Origin: Enterococcus phage vB_OCPT_CCS1
Direction: 5' to 3' (one strand)
Sequence record: ON113170.1
Length of the DNA stretch: 64,000 nt
In this document: positions 55,217-64,000 of the stretch, in pieces
Numbering within the stretch: the stretch's first letter is position 1
How the letters are laid out: the number at the start of each line of letters is the position of its first letter
The notes under the pieces: generated by a model
Databases searched by the model: none
What the model was told of the DNA's origin: nothing
The model's input: the letters and a program-made list of their open reading frames with translations, nothing else
Program-made: the position numbers and the translations under genes

Positions 55217-56485
55217 ATGGCAGGCGAAGTATTTAGTAGTTTAATTACAAGCGTTAACCCTAAACTGATGAACTCTGGTAGTCGTAATGGTATTGCTATT
55301 GACCGCATTGTTCTACATCACAACGCAACAACAAACAAGGATGTTGCTATGAACACATGGGTAGTAGGTGGTAGTGCAGGTACATCTGCTCACTATGAGG
55401 TTACTCCAACAGAGATTATCGGTTGTGTAGGTGAGCAGTACTCAGCATTCCATGCCGGAGGAACTGGTGGTGCAGATATTCCTAAGATGGCTAACCCTAA
55501 CCAACGCTCAATCGGTATCGAAAACTTAAATTCAAGTGGTGCTCCTAACTGGTCAATTGACCCTCGTACGGTTACAAACTGTGCTCGATTAGTAGCAGAT
55601 ATTTGTAAACGTTACGGTATCCCATGTGACCGCCAACATGTCTTAGGTCATAACGAAGTGACTGCAACAGCATGTCCCGGAGGTATGAACGTAGACGAAG
55701 TTGTACGCCAAGCAAAACAATTTATGGCAGGTGGAAATAACAGCGCACCTAAGCCTAGTCAAACAAACGGTCGTCAAGCATTCTTTGATATTGTGAATGT
55801 AAACTCTGGTGCATTTAACGTACAAGGATGGTTCATTCCTAGCAAGTCTACAAAAGGGCAATCTATCTGGTTATACTTTATGGATAAAGCTACAAACAAA
55901 GAAATTGGGCGTTTCCAAGGTAAACGTGTAGTTCGTGAAGACGTTAAAAAAGTATACCCATCTAACCCTAACGGGGCAGAAGTTGGTTTTAATGTTAATG
56001 GCTTAACCCCACAAAATCTTATGGGTAAAGAGTATTACTTCTTGTTACGTTATAACAACGATAGCAAAGAAGAGCTTTACGTAAAAGATAAAGTCTTTAA
56101 AGCCCCTGCATTAATTAACCGTGGTTGTTTAGACGTAATCAGAGGCGACAAAGGTCAGGTAACACTACACGGATGGCACTTATCTTCTAAACGTAGAGAT
56201 ACTGACAAACACTTCTTATTCATCATGGATAAGAAAACGAATAAAGAAATTGTACGTTTTGACGTTACAAAATCTTCATTCAAGGCTTCTCCTGATATTC
56301 AAAAACTATATGACGGAACGATTGCGCAACGAGGAAACTGTAGATTTGCTTTTGCTCATGCACTAGATGCTAAATCTCCTGCACGTGGTAAAGACATCTA
56401 TATCCTAAGTCGTTATTGCTCCGACCCATTAGGGAATACAGGAATTTCTGACCAGTTACAACTTGGTGGAACTAACAAATTGTAA
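55217..56485 (+). CDS. endolysin: N-acetylmuramoyl-L-alanine amidase (Amidase_2/PGRP) + two C-terminal cell-wall-binding repeats
   Basis: HHNATT...HYEV...GHNEVTATACPG zinc-amidase motifs; two ~90-aa repeats (GWFIPSKS...KEIGRF / GWHLSSKR...KEIVRF); start moved to MAGEVF with RBS ACAGGAGG. Confidence 0.8.
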   Translation: MAGEVFSSLITSVNPKLMNSGSRNGIAIDRIVLHHNATTNKDVAMNTWVVGGSAGTSAHYEVTPTEIIGCVGEQYSAFHAGGTGGADIPKMANPNQRSIGIENLNSSGAPNWSIDPRTVTNCARLVADICKRYGIPCDRQHVLGHNEVTATACPGGMNVDEVVRQAKQFMAGGNNSAPKPSQTNGRQAFFDIVNVNSGAFNVQGWFIPSKSTKGQSIWLYFMDKATNKEIGRFQGKRVVREDVKKVYPSNPNGAEVGFNVNGLTPQNLMGKEYYFLLRYNNDSKEELYVKDKVFKAPALINRGCLDVIRGDKGQVTLHGWHLSSKRRDTDKHFLFIMDKKTNKEIVRFDVTKSSFKASPDIQKLYDGTIAQRGNCRFAFAHALDAKSPARGKDIYILSRYCSDPLGNTGISDQLQLGGTNKL

Positions 56486-56496
56486 CAGTACAATGA

Positions 56497-56525
56497 CCTA
56501 CCTTCGGGTGGGTCTTTTTTATTAC
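56497..56525 (+). terminator. rho-independent terminator after the endolysin gene
   Basis: ACCTACC-ttcg-GGTGGGT hairpin followed by CTTTTTTATT. Confidence 0.6.
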
Positions 56526-56581
56526 TGTAATAATATGTAATAGAACTGTAATGATTTAGGACTACCTTTGTAATACTAATT

Positions 56582-56591
56582 TGCTATATTA
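56582..56591 (+). promoter_or_regulatory. late-gene element TGCTATATTA (copy 2), upstream of the LysM gene
   Basis: exact 10-mer. Confidence 0.5.
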
Positions 56592-56642
56592 GTTCCTGTA
56601 AGCAACACATAAAACTAAAACAACCCAAAGGAGAACGACAAC

Positions 56643-57269
56643 TTGAAGAAAACGACAATTGCAACATTAGGACTTTTAGGACTAGGACTATCATTAGGAT
56701 TGGGAGCTAAAGCTCACGCAGACGAAATCCAAGAAAATGGACAAACTTACTGGCAAGTAGAATCCGGAGATACATTATCAGCTATTGGTAATCGTTACGG
56801 AATTGATTTTAACCTAATTCACCAAGCAAACTCAGACAAAGTTTCAGATGCTAACTTGATTTATGTTGGAGACAAACTATTATTACCATTAAACGGTGAA
56901 GTTCAAGCTCCTGTAGCTCAACCAGTGCAAGAAGCACCAGTTGTAGAACAAGCGCCTGTAGTAGAAGAAACACCTGTAGTAGAACAGGCACCTGTAGTTG
57001 AACAGGCACCCGTTGTTCAAGAACCAGTAGAACAAGCTCCTGCCGTTACATCTAACTCAGCAAAAGAATGGATTGCACAAAAAGAATCTAGCGGTTCTTA
57101 CTCAGCAACTAACGGACGTTACATTGGACGTTACCAATTAGATGCTTCATACTTAAACGGTGACTACTCACCAGAAAACCAAGAACGTGTAGCAGATGCT
57201 TATGTTGCAGGACGTTATGGTTCATGGGAAAATGCACAAGCTTTCTGGTTAGCTAACGGTTGGTACTAA
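56643..57269 (+). CDS. secreted LysM protein with (APVVEQ)n linker and IsaA/Rpf-like transglycosylase-type C-terminal domain
   Basis: signal peptide MKKTTIATLGLLGLGLSLGLGAKAHA; LysM (GDTLSAIGNRYG...GDKLLLP); six APVVEQ-like repeats; C-terminal AQKESSGSYSATNGRYIGRYQLDASYL resembles the ES...GxYQ motif of small lytic transglycosylases. Confidence 0.6.
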   Translation: MKKTTIATLGLLGLGLSLGLGAKAHADEIQENGQTYWQVESGDTLSAIGNRYGIDFNLIHQANSDKVSDANLIYVGDKLLLPLNGEVQAPVAQPVQEAPVVEQAPVVEETPVVEQAPVVEQAPVVQEPVEQAPAVTSNSAKEWIAQKESSGSYSATNGRYIGRYQLDASYLNGDYSPENQERVADAYVAGRYGSWENAQAFWLANGWY

Positions 57270-57326
57270 AATAATAAATACTAACAGATTAAAAAAAGAC
57301 TCTCTTTTTAGGGGGTCTTTTTCTTA

Positions 57327-57336
57327 TGCTATATTA
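57327..57336 (+). promoter_or_regulatory. late-gene element TGCTATATTA (copy 3), upstream of the NlpC/P60 gene
   Basis: exact 10-mer. Confidence 0.5.
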
Positions 57337-57371
57337 TAACTGTAACTTAAAACAAACAGGAAGTGATAGCT

Positions 57372-58316
57372 ATGAGTAACATTAACATGGAAACCGCAAT
57401 TGCGAACATGTACGCTCTAAAAGCAAGAGGTATTACTTACTCAATGAACTACTCCCGAACAGGTGCAGATGGCACAGGGGATTGCTCTGGTACTGTCTAT
57501 GATTCTTTACGTAAGGCAGGGGCTAGTGATGCAGGTTGGGTACTTAACACAGATAGTATGCACAGTTGGCTAGAAAAAAATGGTTTTAAACTGATTGCAC
57601 AAAATCAGGAATGGTCAGCTAAACGTGGAGACGTTGTTATCTTTGGTAAAAAAGGTGCAAGTGGTGGTTCCGCAGGTCACGTGGTTATCTTCATTAGTAG
57701 CACACAGATTATTCACTGTACATGGAAATCCGCAACAGCTAACGGTGTTTACGTAGATAACGAAGCAACTACTTGCCCATATAGCATGGGTTGGTATGTG
57801 TATCGTTTAAATGGTGGAAGTACTCCTCCAAAACCAAACACTAAGAAAGTAAAAGTACTTAAACATGCTACCAACTGGTCTCCATCAAGTAAAGGTGCAA
57901 AAATGGCAAGTTTTGTCAAAGGCGGTACATTTGACGTTAAACAACAACGACCAATTTCTTATTCTTACTCTAATCAAGAATACTTGATTGTAAATAAAGG
58001 AACAGTACTTGGATGGGTTCTTTCCCAAGACATTGAAGGTGGATATGGTTCAGATAGAGTTGGGGGAAGCAAACCTAAACTACCTGCCGGATTTACGAAG
58101 GAAGAAGCTACGTTTATTAATGGTAATGCTCCTATTACTACTCGTAAGAATAAACCAAGCTTATCTTCTCCAACAGCTACACCATTGTATCCGGGACAAT
58201 CTGTAAGATACCTTGGTTGGAAGTCTGCTGAGGGATACATCTGGATTTATGCAAACGATGGACGTTACATCCCTGTACGACCTGTAGGTAAGAAAGCATG
58301 GGGTACATTTAAGTAA
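57372..58316 (+). CDS. NlpC/P60-family peptidoglycan peptidase with SH3-like C-terminal domain
   Basis: GDCSGTVYD (catalytic Cys) ...GHVVIF... (His); start moved to MSNINMET with RBS ACAGGAAGTGA. Confidence 0.6.
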   Translation: MSNINMETAIANMYALKARGITYSMNYSRTGADGTGDCSGTVYDSLRKAGASDAGWVLNTDSMHSWLEKNGFKLIAQNQEWSAKRGDVVIFGKKGASGGSAGHVVIFISSTQIIHCTWKSATANGVYVDNEATTCPYSMGWYVYRLNGGSTPPKPNTKKVKVLKHATNWSPSSKGAKMASFVKGGTFDVKQQRPISYSYSNQEYLIVNKGTVLGWVLSQDIEGGYGSDRVGGSKPKLPAGFTKEEATFINGNAPITTRKNKPSLSSPTATPLYPGQSVRYLGWKSAEGYIWIYANDGRYIPVRPVGKKAWGTFK

Positions 58317-58326
58317 CATGACTTAA

Positions 58327-58350
58327 GAGGGCTATTTAGCCCTCTTTTTT
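58327..58350 (+). terminator. rho-independent terminator
   Basis: AGAGGGC-tattta-GCCCTCT then TTTTTTG. Confidence 0.65.
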
Positions 58351-58351
58351 G

Positions 58352-58361
58352 TGCTATATTA
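58352..58361 (+). promoter_or_regulatory. late-gene element TGCTATATTA (copy 4)
   Basis: exact 10-mer. Confidence 0.5.
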
Positions 58362-58444
58362 AATTAGTAGACAGTGATGAAAAATTGTTACAGGGCTACC
58401 TGTGGTATACTTAAACTAGTACAAATGCTTGGGGGTAAGAATAC

Positions 58445-58789
58445 GTGGCATACTTACAGGACGATACATGGCAAGCAGTAAAACAGTTAGCTAAACAAAA
58501 CGGTTTTGTAGGAGACTGGATTCTAATTATTCACCTCTACTATGAAAACGGTGGAAACAATGTACAAGTTCATACTGCTATAGATAATAAAAATTACCGC
58601 ATACTACGAATCTTAGATAACAAACAGGTTTTATTAGTTGATAGAGAAGGAAACGTTGCTGTAGAGGACTATGAAGTAGTCAATGACAGTCAGAAAGGTT
58701 TCTTTTATAGTGATATGCACAAAGTCGAACTAACACTTCCGGAAGGTTGTAGCTTCAACGGTAAACAAAGAATAAAAATTTATATATGA
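58445..58789 (+). CDS. hypothetical protein
   Basis: ORF track 114 aa. Confidence 0.5.
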   Translation: MAYLQDDTWQAVKQLAKQNGFVGDWILIIHLYYENGGNNVQVHTAIDNKNYRILRILDNKQVLLVDREGNVAVEDYEVVNDSQKGFFYSDMHKVELTLPEGCSFNGKQRIKIYI

Positions 58790-58805
58790 GGTAGGTGTAA
58801 TCAAG

Positions 58806-60494
58806 TTGCCAAAATGGTTAGATAAAGTGTTGGGTGTAGAAGAAGATACTGACATCGTTAAAAGCGAAGAAGTCTACCAAACCTTGCTTAAAGAAATTCA
58901 AGCACAGCCGTTAACAGAAACGGTAGAGAAAGGTATGAATGGTAAACCAGTAGCATACATGCAACCTATAATTGGTGACATGTCAGTAAACCCCGGATTT
59001 AAGACAAAACCTTCTATTAGAAATTCTCAGGATTTACACAAAATGTTGAAGAAGTTTGGTAACAATATCATTCTTAATTCAATTATTAATACACGGTCAA
59101 ATCAGGTATCTATGTATTGTAAACCTGCAAGAAACTCTGAGACAGGTGTAGGTTACGAGGTTCGGCTGAAAGATATTGAACAAGAGCCATCCACACATGA
59201 CATTGCAAATATTAAAAGAATTGAAAGCTTTTTAGAAAATACCGCAGTATTCAAAGACCAAAATAGGGATAATTTTACTGCTTTTTGTAAGAAGATGGTA
59301 CGTGCAACTTATATGTATGACCAAGTTAACTTTGAGAAGGTATTCGATAAAGATGGTAACTTTATTAAATTTGATACTGTAGACCCCACAACAATCTTCT
59401 TAGCTACTAACGGTAAAGGAAAAATTATTGAAAAGGGAGAACGATTTGTACAAGTACTAGACAATCGAATCGTAGCCAAATTTAATGAACGTGAGATGGC
59501 TTTTGCTGTTCGTAACCCACGTGCTGATATTGAAGTAGGTCAGTACGGTTATCCAGAACTAGAGATTGCCTTGAAGCAGTTTATTGCACATGAAAACACC
59601 GAGACGTTTAATGACCGATTTTTCTCTCACGGAGGAACAACACGTGGTATCTTACATGTTAAAGCAGGACAACAACAAAGTCAGCAAGCATTAGATATTT
59701 TCCGTAGAGAATGGAGAAGCTCCTTATCAGGTATTAATGGTTCATGGCAAATCCCAGTAGTATCCGCAGAAGACGTTAAGTTCGTTAACATGACACCATC
59801 TGCTAATGATATGCAGTTTGAAAAATGGTTGAACTATTTAATCAATGTAATTTCTGCGTTGTATGGGATTGACCCCGCTGAAATTAACTTCCCGAATAAT
59901 GGGGGAGCAACTGGTTCTAAAGGTGGTTCTTTAAACGAGGGTAACTCAAAAGAGAAAATGCAAGCTTCCCAAAATAAAGGGTTACAACCATTATTACGCT
60001 TTATTGAAGATACTGTAAATACTTTCATTATTGCTGAGTTTGGAGACAAGTATCAATTCCAATTTAGAGGCGGAGACTTAAGTGCTCAATTAGACAAGAT
60101 TAAGATTCTTGAAGCAGAAGTTAAGGTATTTAAAACAGTTAACGAAGCACGTGCTGAAAAAGGGTTGGAACCAATTAAAGGTGGAGACGTAATCTTAGAC
60201 GGTGTTCTAATTCAATCTATCGGTCAGTTAATGCAACAAGAACAATTTAACTATCAAAGACAACAGGATAAGCTTAACAGGCTCTTAGAGATTTCTGGTG
60301 GCGAAGCAGATGATTCTAATGGAATTAGCTTCCAAGACAAACAACAAGGCTTAGATGGCACCTCAGCTAGCGTAAATGGTAAAGGAGAGTCATCTGTTGG
60401 TAAAGATGGTCAAATTAAAGGTAAAGGCGTAACTAACACCAATTCTGCTAAACAAGGTATGAAAGGTGATAAACCTAACGACTGGCAAAAATAA
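58806..60494 (+). CDS. portal protein (TTG start)
   Basis: 562 aa between terminase and protease/scaffold/capsid; RBS GAGGTAGGTG; gene order. Confidence 0.7.
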   Translation: MPKWLDKVLGVEEDTDIVKSEEVYQTLLKEIQAQPLTETVEKGMNGKPVAYMQPIIGDMSVNPGFKTKPSIRNSQDLHKMLKKFGNNIILNSIINTRSNQVSMYCKPARNSETGVGYEVRLKDIEQEPSTHDIANIKRIESFLENTAVFKDQNRDNFTAFCKKMVRATYMYDQVNFEKVFDKDGNFIKFDTVDPTTIFLATNGKGKIIEKGERFVQVLDNRIVAKFNEREMAFAVRNPRADIEVGQYGYPELEIALKQFIAHENTETFNDRFFSHGGTTRGILHVKAGQQQSQQALDIFRREWRSSLSGINGSWQIPVVSAEDVKFVNMTPSANDMQFEKWLNYLINVISALYGIDPAEINFPNNGGATGSKGGSLNEGNSKEKMQASQNKGLQPLLRFIEDTVNTFIIAEFGDKYQFQFRGGDLSAQLDKIKILEAEVKVFKTVNEARAEKGLEPIKGGDVILDGVLIQSIGQLMQQEQFNYQRQQDKLNRLLEISGGEADDSNGISFQDKQQGLDGTSASVNGKGESSVGKDGQIKGKGVTNTNSAKQGMKGDKPNDWQK

Positions 60495-60547
60495 ATAGAG
60501 GGGTAACACCCTCTATTTACAATTGTCCAACTGTTTAGTGGTAGTTC

Positions 60548-60557
60548 TGCTATATTA
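60548..60557 (+). promoter_or_regulatory. late-gene element TGCTATATTA (copy 5), upstream of the protease gene
   Basis: exact 10-mer. Confidence 0.5.
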
Positions 60558-60593
60558 AAAACAGATGTAAGTTTAGGTGGTGAATGAACAAGA

Positions 60594-61382
60594 ATGCAAG
60601 AAAAGTATAATATTTTCGTTCCCATTGACGTAGCAGGTTCTGTAGAGAAATCTGAACAGGCAAACGATGGTGAATGGTACGTACAGGGTTACGCTACAAC
60701 GCCTGACCTTGACTTGCAAGGAGACATTATTTTACCACAGGGAATTGACATTTCTTACTTTGTTACTAAAGGGTGGGTAAACTACGAACATAAACAAGAT
60801 GCGGAATACATCATCGGTGTACCAACTGACAACTGTTATGTAGACCTTAATAAAGGCTTATTCGTAGAAGCTAAACTTATGAAAGAAAGCAAGTATGCTC
60901 AATCAATGTGGCAGTTAGCTAATACCATTCAAAAATCAGGAATCTCACGTCAGTTAGGTTTCTCAATTGAAGGGGCAGTTACAAGTCGAAATGCAAGAGA
61001 CAATCGTATTATTGAGGGTGTGGCTATCAGAAACGTAGCATTAACTACACATCCTGCTAACCCACAAGCTACGTGGGAAACACTTGTTAAGTCTTGGACA
61101 ACAGGGTATGGAATTACTCCTGAGACACAGACAGATGCAGGGGCATTACGTAGAGAAATGTTTAAAGAAGACATTACAAACTTAACGTATGCAGTTAAAA
61201 CAGTAGCTAAGTTATATGGTAAAAAGCCCGAAGATAAAGAGTTTATATTGCGTGAAGTTGCTAAGAGTTTTGACCAAGAAACCTCTGAACCAGAGTTAAG
61301 TGCATTTATGTTACAATTAACTAGAGGGGTTTCCTTACAAGAAGCTAACAACTTCATTGAAAGTAGAAAGGAGCTAAAATAG
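60594..61382 (+). CDS. prohead protease
   Basis: 262 aa between portal and scaffold; C-terminal TTGYGITPETQTDAGALRRE segment repeated at the N-terminus of the major capsid protein (cleavage/assembly-related propeptide homology). Confidence 0.6.
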   Translation: MQEKYNIFVPIDVAGSVEKSEQANDGEWYVQGYATTPDLDLQGDIILPQGIDISYFVTKGWVNYEHKQDAEYIIGVPTDNCYVDLNKGLFVEAKLMKESKYAQSMWQLANTIQKSGISRQLGFSIEGAVTSRNARDNRIIEGVAIRNVALTTHPANPQATWETLVKSWTTGYGITPETQTDAGALRREMFKEDITNLTYAVKTVAKLYGKKPEDKEFILREVAKSFDQETSEPELSAFMLQLTRGVSLQEANNFIESRKELK

Positions 61383-62398
61383 TGTCTAAAACAATCAATG
61401 ACATTATCGAAGATTTCGATTCAAAAGTGAATGTACAGGAAGTTTCTAAATCTATTGAAGACGAACAAGTAGAACCTGTACAGGAAGAAGCAGTTGAAGC
61501 ACCAGAAACAGTTGAAGAAGGTGTGGAAAGTGACAAGCCGGAAGAACAGCCTGTTGAAGCTGAGGAAGTTAAAGAGGATGCTAAACCAGAATCCGAACCT
61601 GCTGAGTCAGTTGAGAAGTCAGAACCAGAGTCCGAAGTCGCAGAAGAAGCTACGGAACCAGAAGTGGAAGAAGTAGAAAAATCTGATAAGGAATCCGATG
61701 AAGAAGAAAAGAAATCTTCTGACAAAGAGGACGACAAAGAGGACGACAAAGACGATAAAAAGGCTAAAAAAGATAAAGAAGATAAAAAAGAAGATAAAGA
61801 CAAGGAAGATGAAGACAAAGAAGATGTTAAAAAATCTGATGAGTCCGAAGTCTCAGAACCTGTAGAGAAATCTACTATTTCTCCACAAGATATTCTTGGT
61901 GGATTTGAAGCAGTATTCAAAAATATGGCAGGTCTTGTTGATGTCCAAAAATCTTTAACAGATACTATTACAGAATTAAAATCTGAAATTGTAAGCTTAC
62001 GTGAAGCTAGAGAAGCAATTTCTATTGAACCTGAGGAAGTTAATAAATCTATTCTTTTAGATAAAACTAGTGAAGTAACTGTAGAAGGTAAAGCAGTAGG
62101 ATTTGTTACTAAATCTGTAGATGTGCAACCAGATGTAACTTCTGAACAAGAAGACGTTGTTGAAGTAGTAGTAGAAGGTGCTGAACAACAAGAAGAAGCT
62201 CCTGATAAATCTGATGAAGAACAATTGTTTGACAGTGTTCGTGGAATCCGTGACGACTTAATGAGCACATATACTCGTGTTGCAAGTACCGGACAAGCTC
62301 CTCGTGGTGAGTTAGAGGAAATTCGTCAATTATGGGGACGTATTAAATCCCAAGACGAACTAGCTCGTGCACAAGCATTCATTGATAAATACAAATAA
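61382..62398 (+). CDS. scaffolding protein (highly acidic, E/D/K low-complexity)
   Basis: 338 aa, ~40% D+E, coiled-coil C-terminus; position between protease and capsid. Confidence 0.6.
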   Translation: MSKTINDIIEDFDSKVNVQEVSKSIEDEQVEPVQEEAVEAPETVEEGVESDKPEEQPVEAEEVKEDAKPESEPAESVEKSEPESEVAEEATEPEVEEVEKSDKESDEEEKKSSDKEDDKEDDKDDKKAKKDKEDKKEDKDKEDEDKEDVKKSDESEVSEPVEKSTISPQDILGGFEAVFKNMAGLVDVQKSLTDTITELKSEIVSLREAREAISIEPEEVNKSILLDKTSEVTVEGKAVGFVTKSVDVQPDVTSEQEDVVEVVVEGAEQQEEAPDKSDEEQLFDSVRGIRDDLMSTYTRVASTGQAPRGELEEIRQLWGRIKSQDELARAQAFIDKYK

Positions 62399-62422
62399 AT
62401 TTACTAAAATGTAAATTTTTTT
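62397..62422 (+). terminator. terminator after the scaffold gene
   Basis: AAATTTAC-taaaat-GTAAATTT then TTTT. Confidence 0.5.
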
Positions 62423-62431
62423 AAGGTGTAC

Positions 62432-62441
62432 TGCTATATTA
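62432..62441 (+). promoter_or_regulatory. late-gene element TGCTATATTA (copy 6), upstream of the major capsid gene
   Basis: exact 10-mer. Confidence 0.5.
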
Positions 62442-62454
62442 TAGTCAGAACCAA

Positions 62455-62500
62455 TGAGAGACCTGACATTTCCCCCCTGAACCTCCACAGGGTCAGGTCT
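62455..62500 (+). other. 5'UTR stem-loop (11-bp stem) between late element and major capsid start
   Basis: GAGACCTGAC...GGTCAGGTCTC. Confidence 0.5.
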
Positions 62501-62520
62501 CATCTTTGAGAGGAATAAAA

Positions 62521-63942
62521 ATGAAAGGTGATTTATATATAATGCCAGAAGACAAAAAACAAGAAGCTAAATTAAATCCCGTTCAGGAACAAGTAATCAA
62601 AGGATTTACAACTGGTTATGGTATTACTCCTGACACGCAAACTGATGCAGCGGCTTTAAGACGAGAATTTCTAGATGACCAAATTACTATGCTTACATGG
62701 GCAGAAGGAGACTTGTCATTCTATCGTGACATCACAAAACGCCCTGCTACATCTACAGTAGCTAAATATGACGTATACTTAGCACATGGTAAAGTAGGAC
62801 ATACACGTTTCGTTCGTGAAATCGGTGTAGCTCCAATTTCTGACCCAAGCTTACGTCAAAAAACTGTTAACATGAAATACGTTTCTGATACTAAGAACAT
62901 GAGTATCGCATCTGGTTTAGTTAACAACATCGAAGACCCAATGCAAATCTTAACAGACGATGCTATCTCTGTTGTTGCTAAAACAATTGAATGGGCTTCT
63001 TTCTATGGAGATGCTGACTTATCTGAAAACCCAGAACGTGACTCCGGTCTAGAATTTGACGGTTTAGTTAAATTAATTGACAAACATAACGTTATTGATG
63101 CTAAAGGTGAAAGCTTAACAGAAGCATTGCTTAACCAAGCTTCCGTATTAATCGGTAAAGGTTATGGTACTCCAACTGATGCTTACATGCCAATCGGTGT
63201 ACAAGCTGACTTCGTTAACCAACAACTTGACAAACAAGTTCAAGTTATCCGTGACAACGGTCAAAATGTAACAATGGGATTCAACGTTCAAGGGTTCAAC
63301 TCTGCACGTGGATTCATTAAATTACATGGTTCAACAGTAATGGAATTAGAACAAATCTTGGATGAATACCAAATGGTTAGCCCTAATGCTCCACAAAAAG
63401 CTACTGTTCAAACAGCTGTAGAAACTAACAAGAAAGGTACATTCCGTCCAGAAGACATTGCTACTCCTGCTGAGTATAAAGTAGTTGTAGTATCTGACGA
63501 TGCAGAATCTGCTCCATCTGACGTAGCTACTGCTACAATTGCTAATGCTACTGACGGTGTTAAATTATCAATCACTATCAACAGCATGTACCAAGCTCGT
63601 CCTCAATACGTAGCTATCTACCGTAAAGGACATCAAACAGGATTGTTCTACCAAATCGCACGTGTACCTGCAAGTAAAGCAGAAGGCAACGTAATCACTT
63701 TCTACGATTTGAACCAACAAATCCCTGAAACTGCTGACGTATTCGTAGGTGAATTGACTCCATCTGTAGTTCACTTGTTCGAATTACTACCAATGATGCG
63801 TTTACCATTAGCTCAAATGAACGCTTCTGTAACATTCGCAGTTCTATGGTATGGTGCTTTAGCTCTTCGTGCACCTAAGAAATGGGCACGAATCAAGAAC
63901 GTTAAATACATTCCATCTGGAAACGTAATTAACGAACGCTAA
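62521..63942 (+). CDS. major capsid protein
   Basis: ORF track 62506..63942; start moved to MKGDLY with RBS GAGAGGAATAAAA; 5'UTR stem-loop upstream; gene order after the scaffold. Confidence 0.75.
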   Translation: MKGDLYIMPEDKKQEAKLNPVQEQVIKGFTTGYGITPDTQTDAAALRREFLDDQITMLTWAEGDLSFYRDITKRPATSTVAKYDVYLAHGKVGHTRFVREIGVAPISDPSLRQKTVNMKYVSDTKNMSIASGLVNNIEDPMQILTDDAISVVAKTIEWASFYGDADLSENPERDSGLEFDGLVKLIDKHNVIDAKGESLTEALLNQASVLIGKGYGTPTDAYMPIGVQADFVNQQLDKQVQVIRDNGQNVTMGFNVQGFNSARGFIKLHGSTVMELEQILDEYQMVSPNAPQKATVQTAVETNKKGTFRPEDIATPAEYKVVVVSDDAESAPSDVATATIANATDGVKLSITINSMYQARPQYVAIYRKGHQTGLFYQIARVPASKAEGNVITFYDLNQQIPETADVFVGELTPSVVHLFELLPMMRLPLAQMNASVTFAVLWYGALALRAPKKWARIKNVKYIPSGNVINER

Positions 63943-64000
63943 TCTTAGTTAAACTAAGAAAAATTGAATAGAAAACGGAATAGGGAACGGTCTAACTGTT

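Noticed and set aside
61354-62268. Minus-strand Ser-rich ORF 61354..62268 and other antisense ORFs (17581..17832, 19688..19909, 24555..24830, 25187..25369, 25474..25668, 54496..54744, 57974..58240, 59834..60049, 60950..61357)
   Set aside because: All lie antisense inside longer, motif-supported genes and have low-complexity composition typical of reverse-strand translation.

Overview
This window reads as a large virulent Firmicutes-type phage genome segment with AT-rich, low-GC codon usage. Function calls are made by eye from motifs. Coordinates are hand-counted and may be off by a few nt.

Layout:
(a) 1-3.5 kb: a plus-strand block of small early genes, each behind its own sigma-A-like promoter (TTGACA-17-TATACT/TAATAT).
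(b) 3.5-38.8 kb: a minus-strand block. Most genes sit behind a recurring extended promoter gtgTTGACTT-N17-TATACT. Recognisable products:
- an RtcB RNA ligase and a NADAR protein;
- three metallophosphoesterases plus a DEDDh exonuclease;
- an SPFH protein;
- nucleotide metabolism: NrdD, NrdG, an NrdH-like redoxin, a ThyA-like enzyme and a deoxynucleoside kinase;
- an NAD-salvage island: two PnuC-like transporters, a NadR-like NMNAT/NR-kinase, a Nudix-like and a HAD-like protein;
- a homing-endonuclease-like gene that duplicates the NrdD C-terminal tail;
- a ParB-like protein and HTH regulators;
- a Ro60/Rsr-like TROVE+vWA protein.
(c) 38.0-48.5 kb: a minus-strand RNA-gene region. It holds about 27 canonical tRNAs covering about 19 amino acids, an embedded AAA+ ATPase, several noncanonical T-arm-bearing elements and a roughly 1.1 kb ORF-free structured stretch.
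(d) 48.7-64 kb: a morphogenesis and lysis block on the plus strand. Here: terminase (small candidate and large), portal, prohead protease, acidic scaffold, major capsid, an amidase endolysin, a LysM-transglycosylase and an NlpC/P60 peptidase. Each late gene is preceded by a conserved TGCTATATTA element. Three short minus-strand genes (48853-49890) sit before the plus-strand genes.

The most notable observation is directly upstream of the Ro60-like gene. Three tRNA-mimic modules there keep a T arm, a closed acceptor-like hairpin and a D arm, with the anticodon arm replaced or absent. This matches the YrlA-type bacterial Y RNA architecture. The modules are interleaved with three covarying ~80-nt structured repeats. 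Together with the distant RtcB and the large tRNA array, this suggests a phage-borne Ro60/Y-RNA/RtcB RNA-repair and tRNA-supply system.
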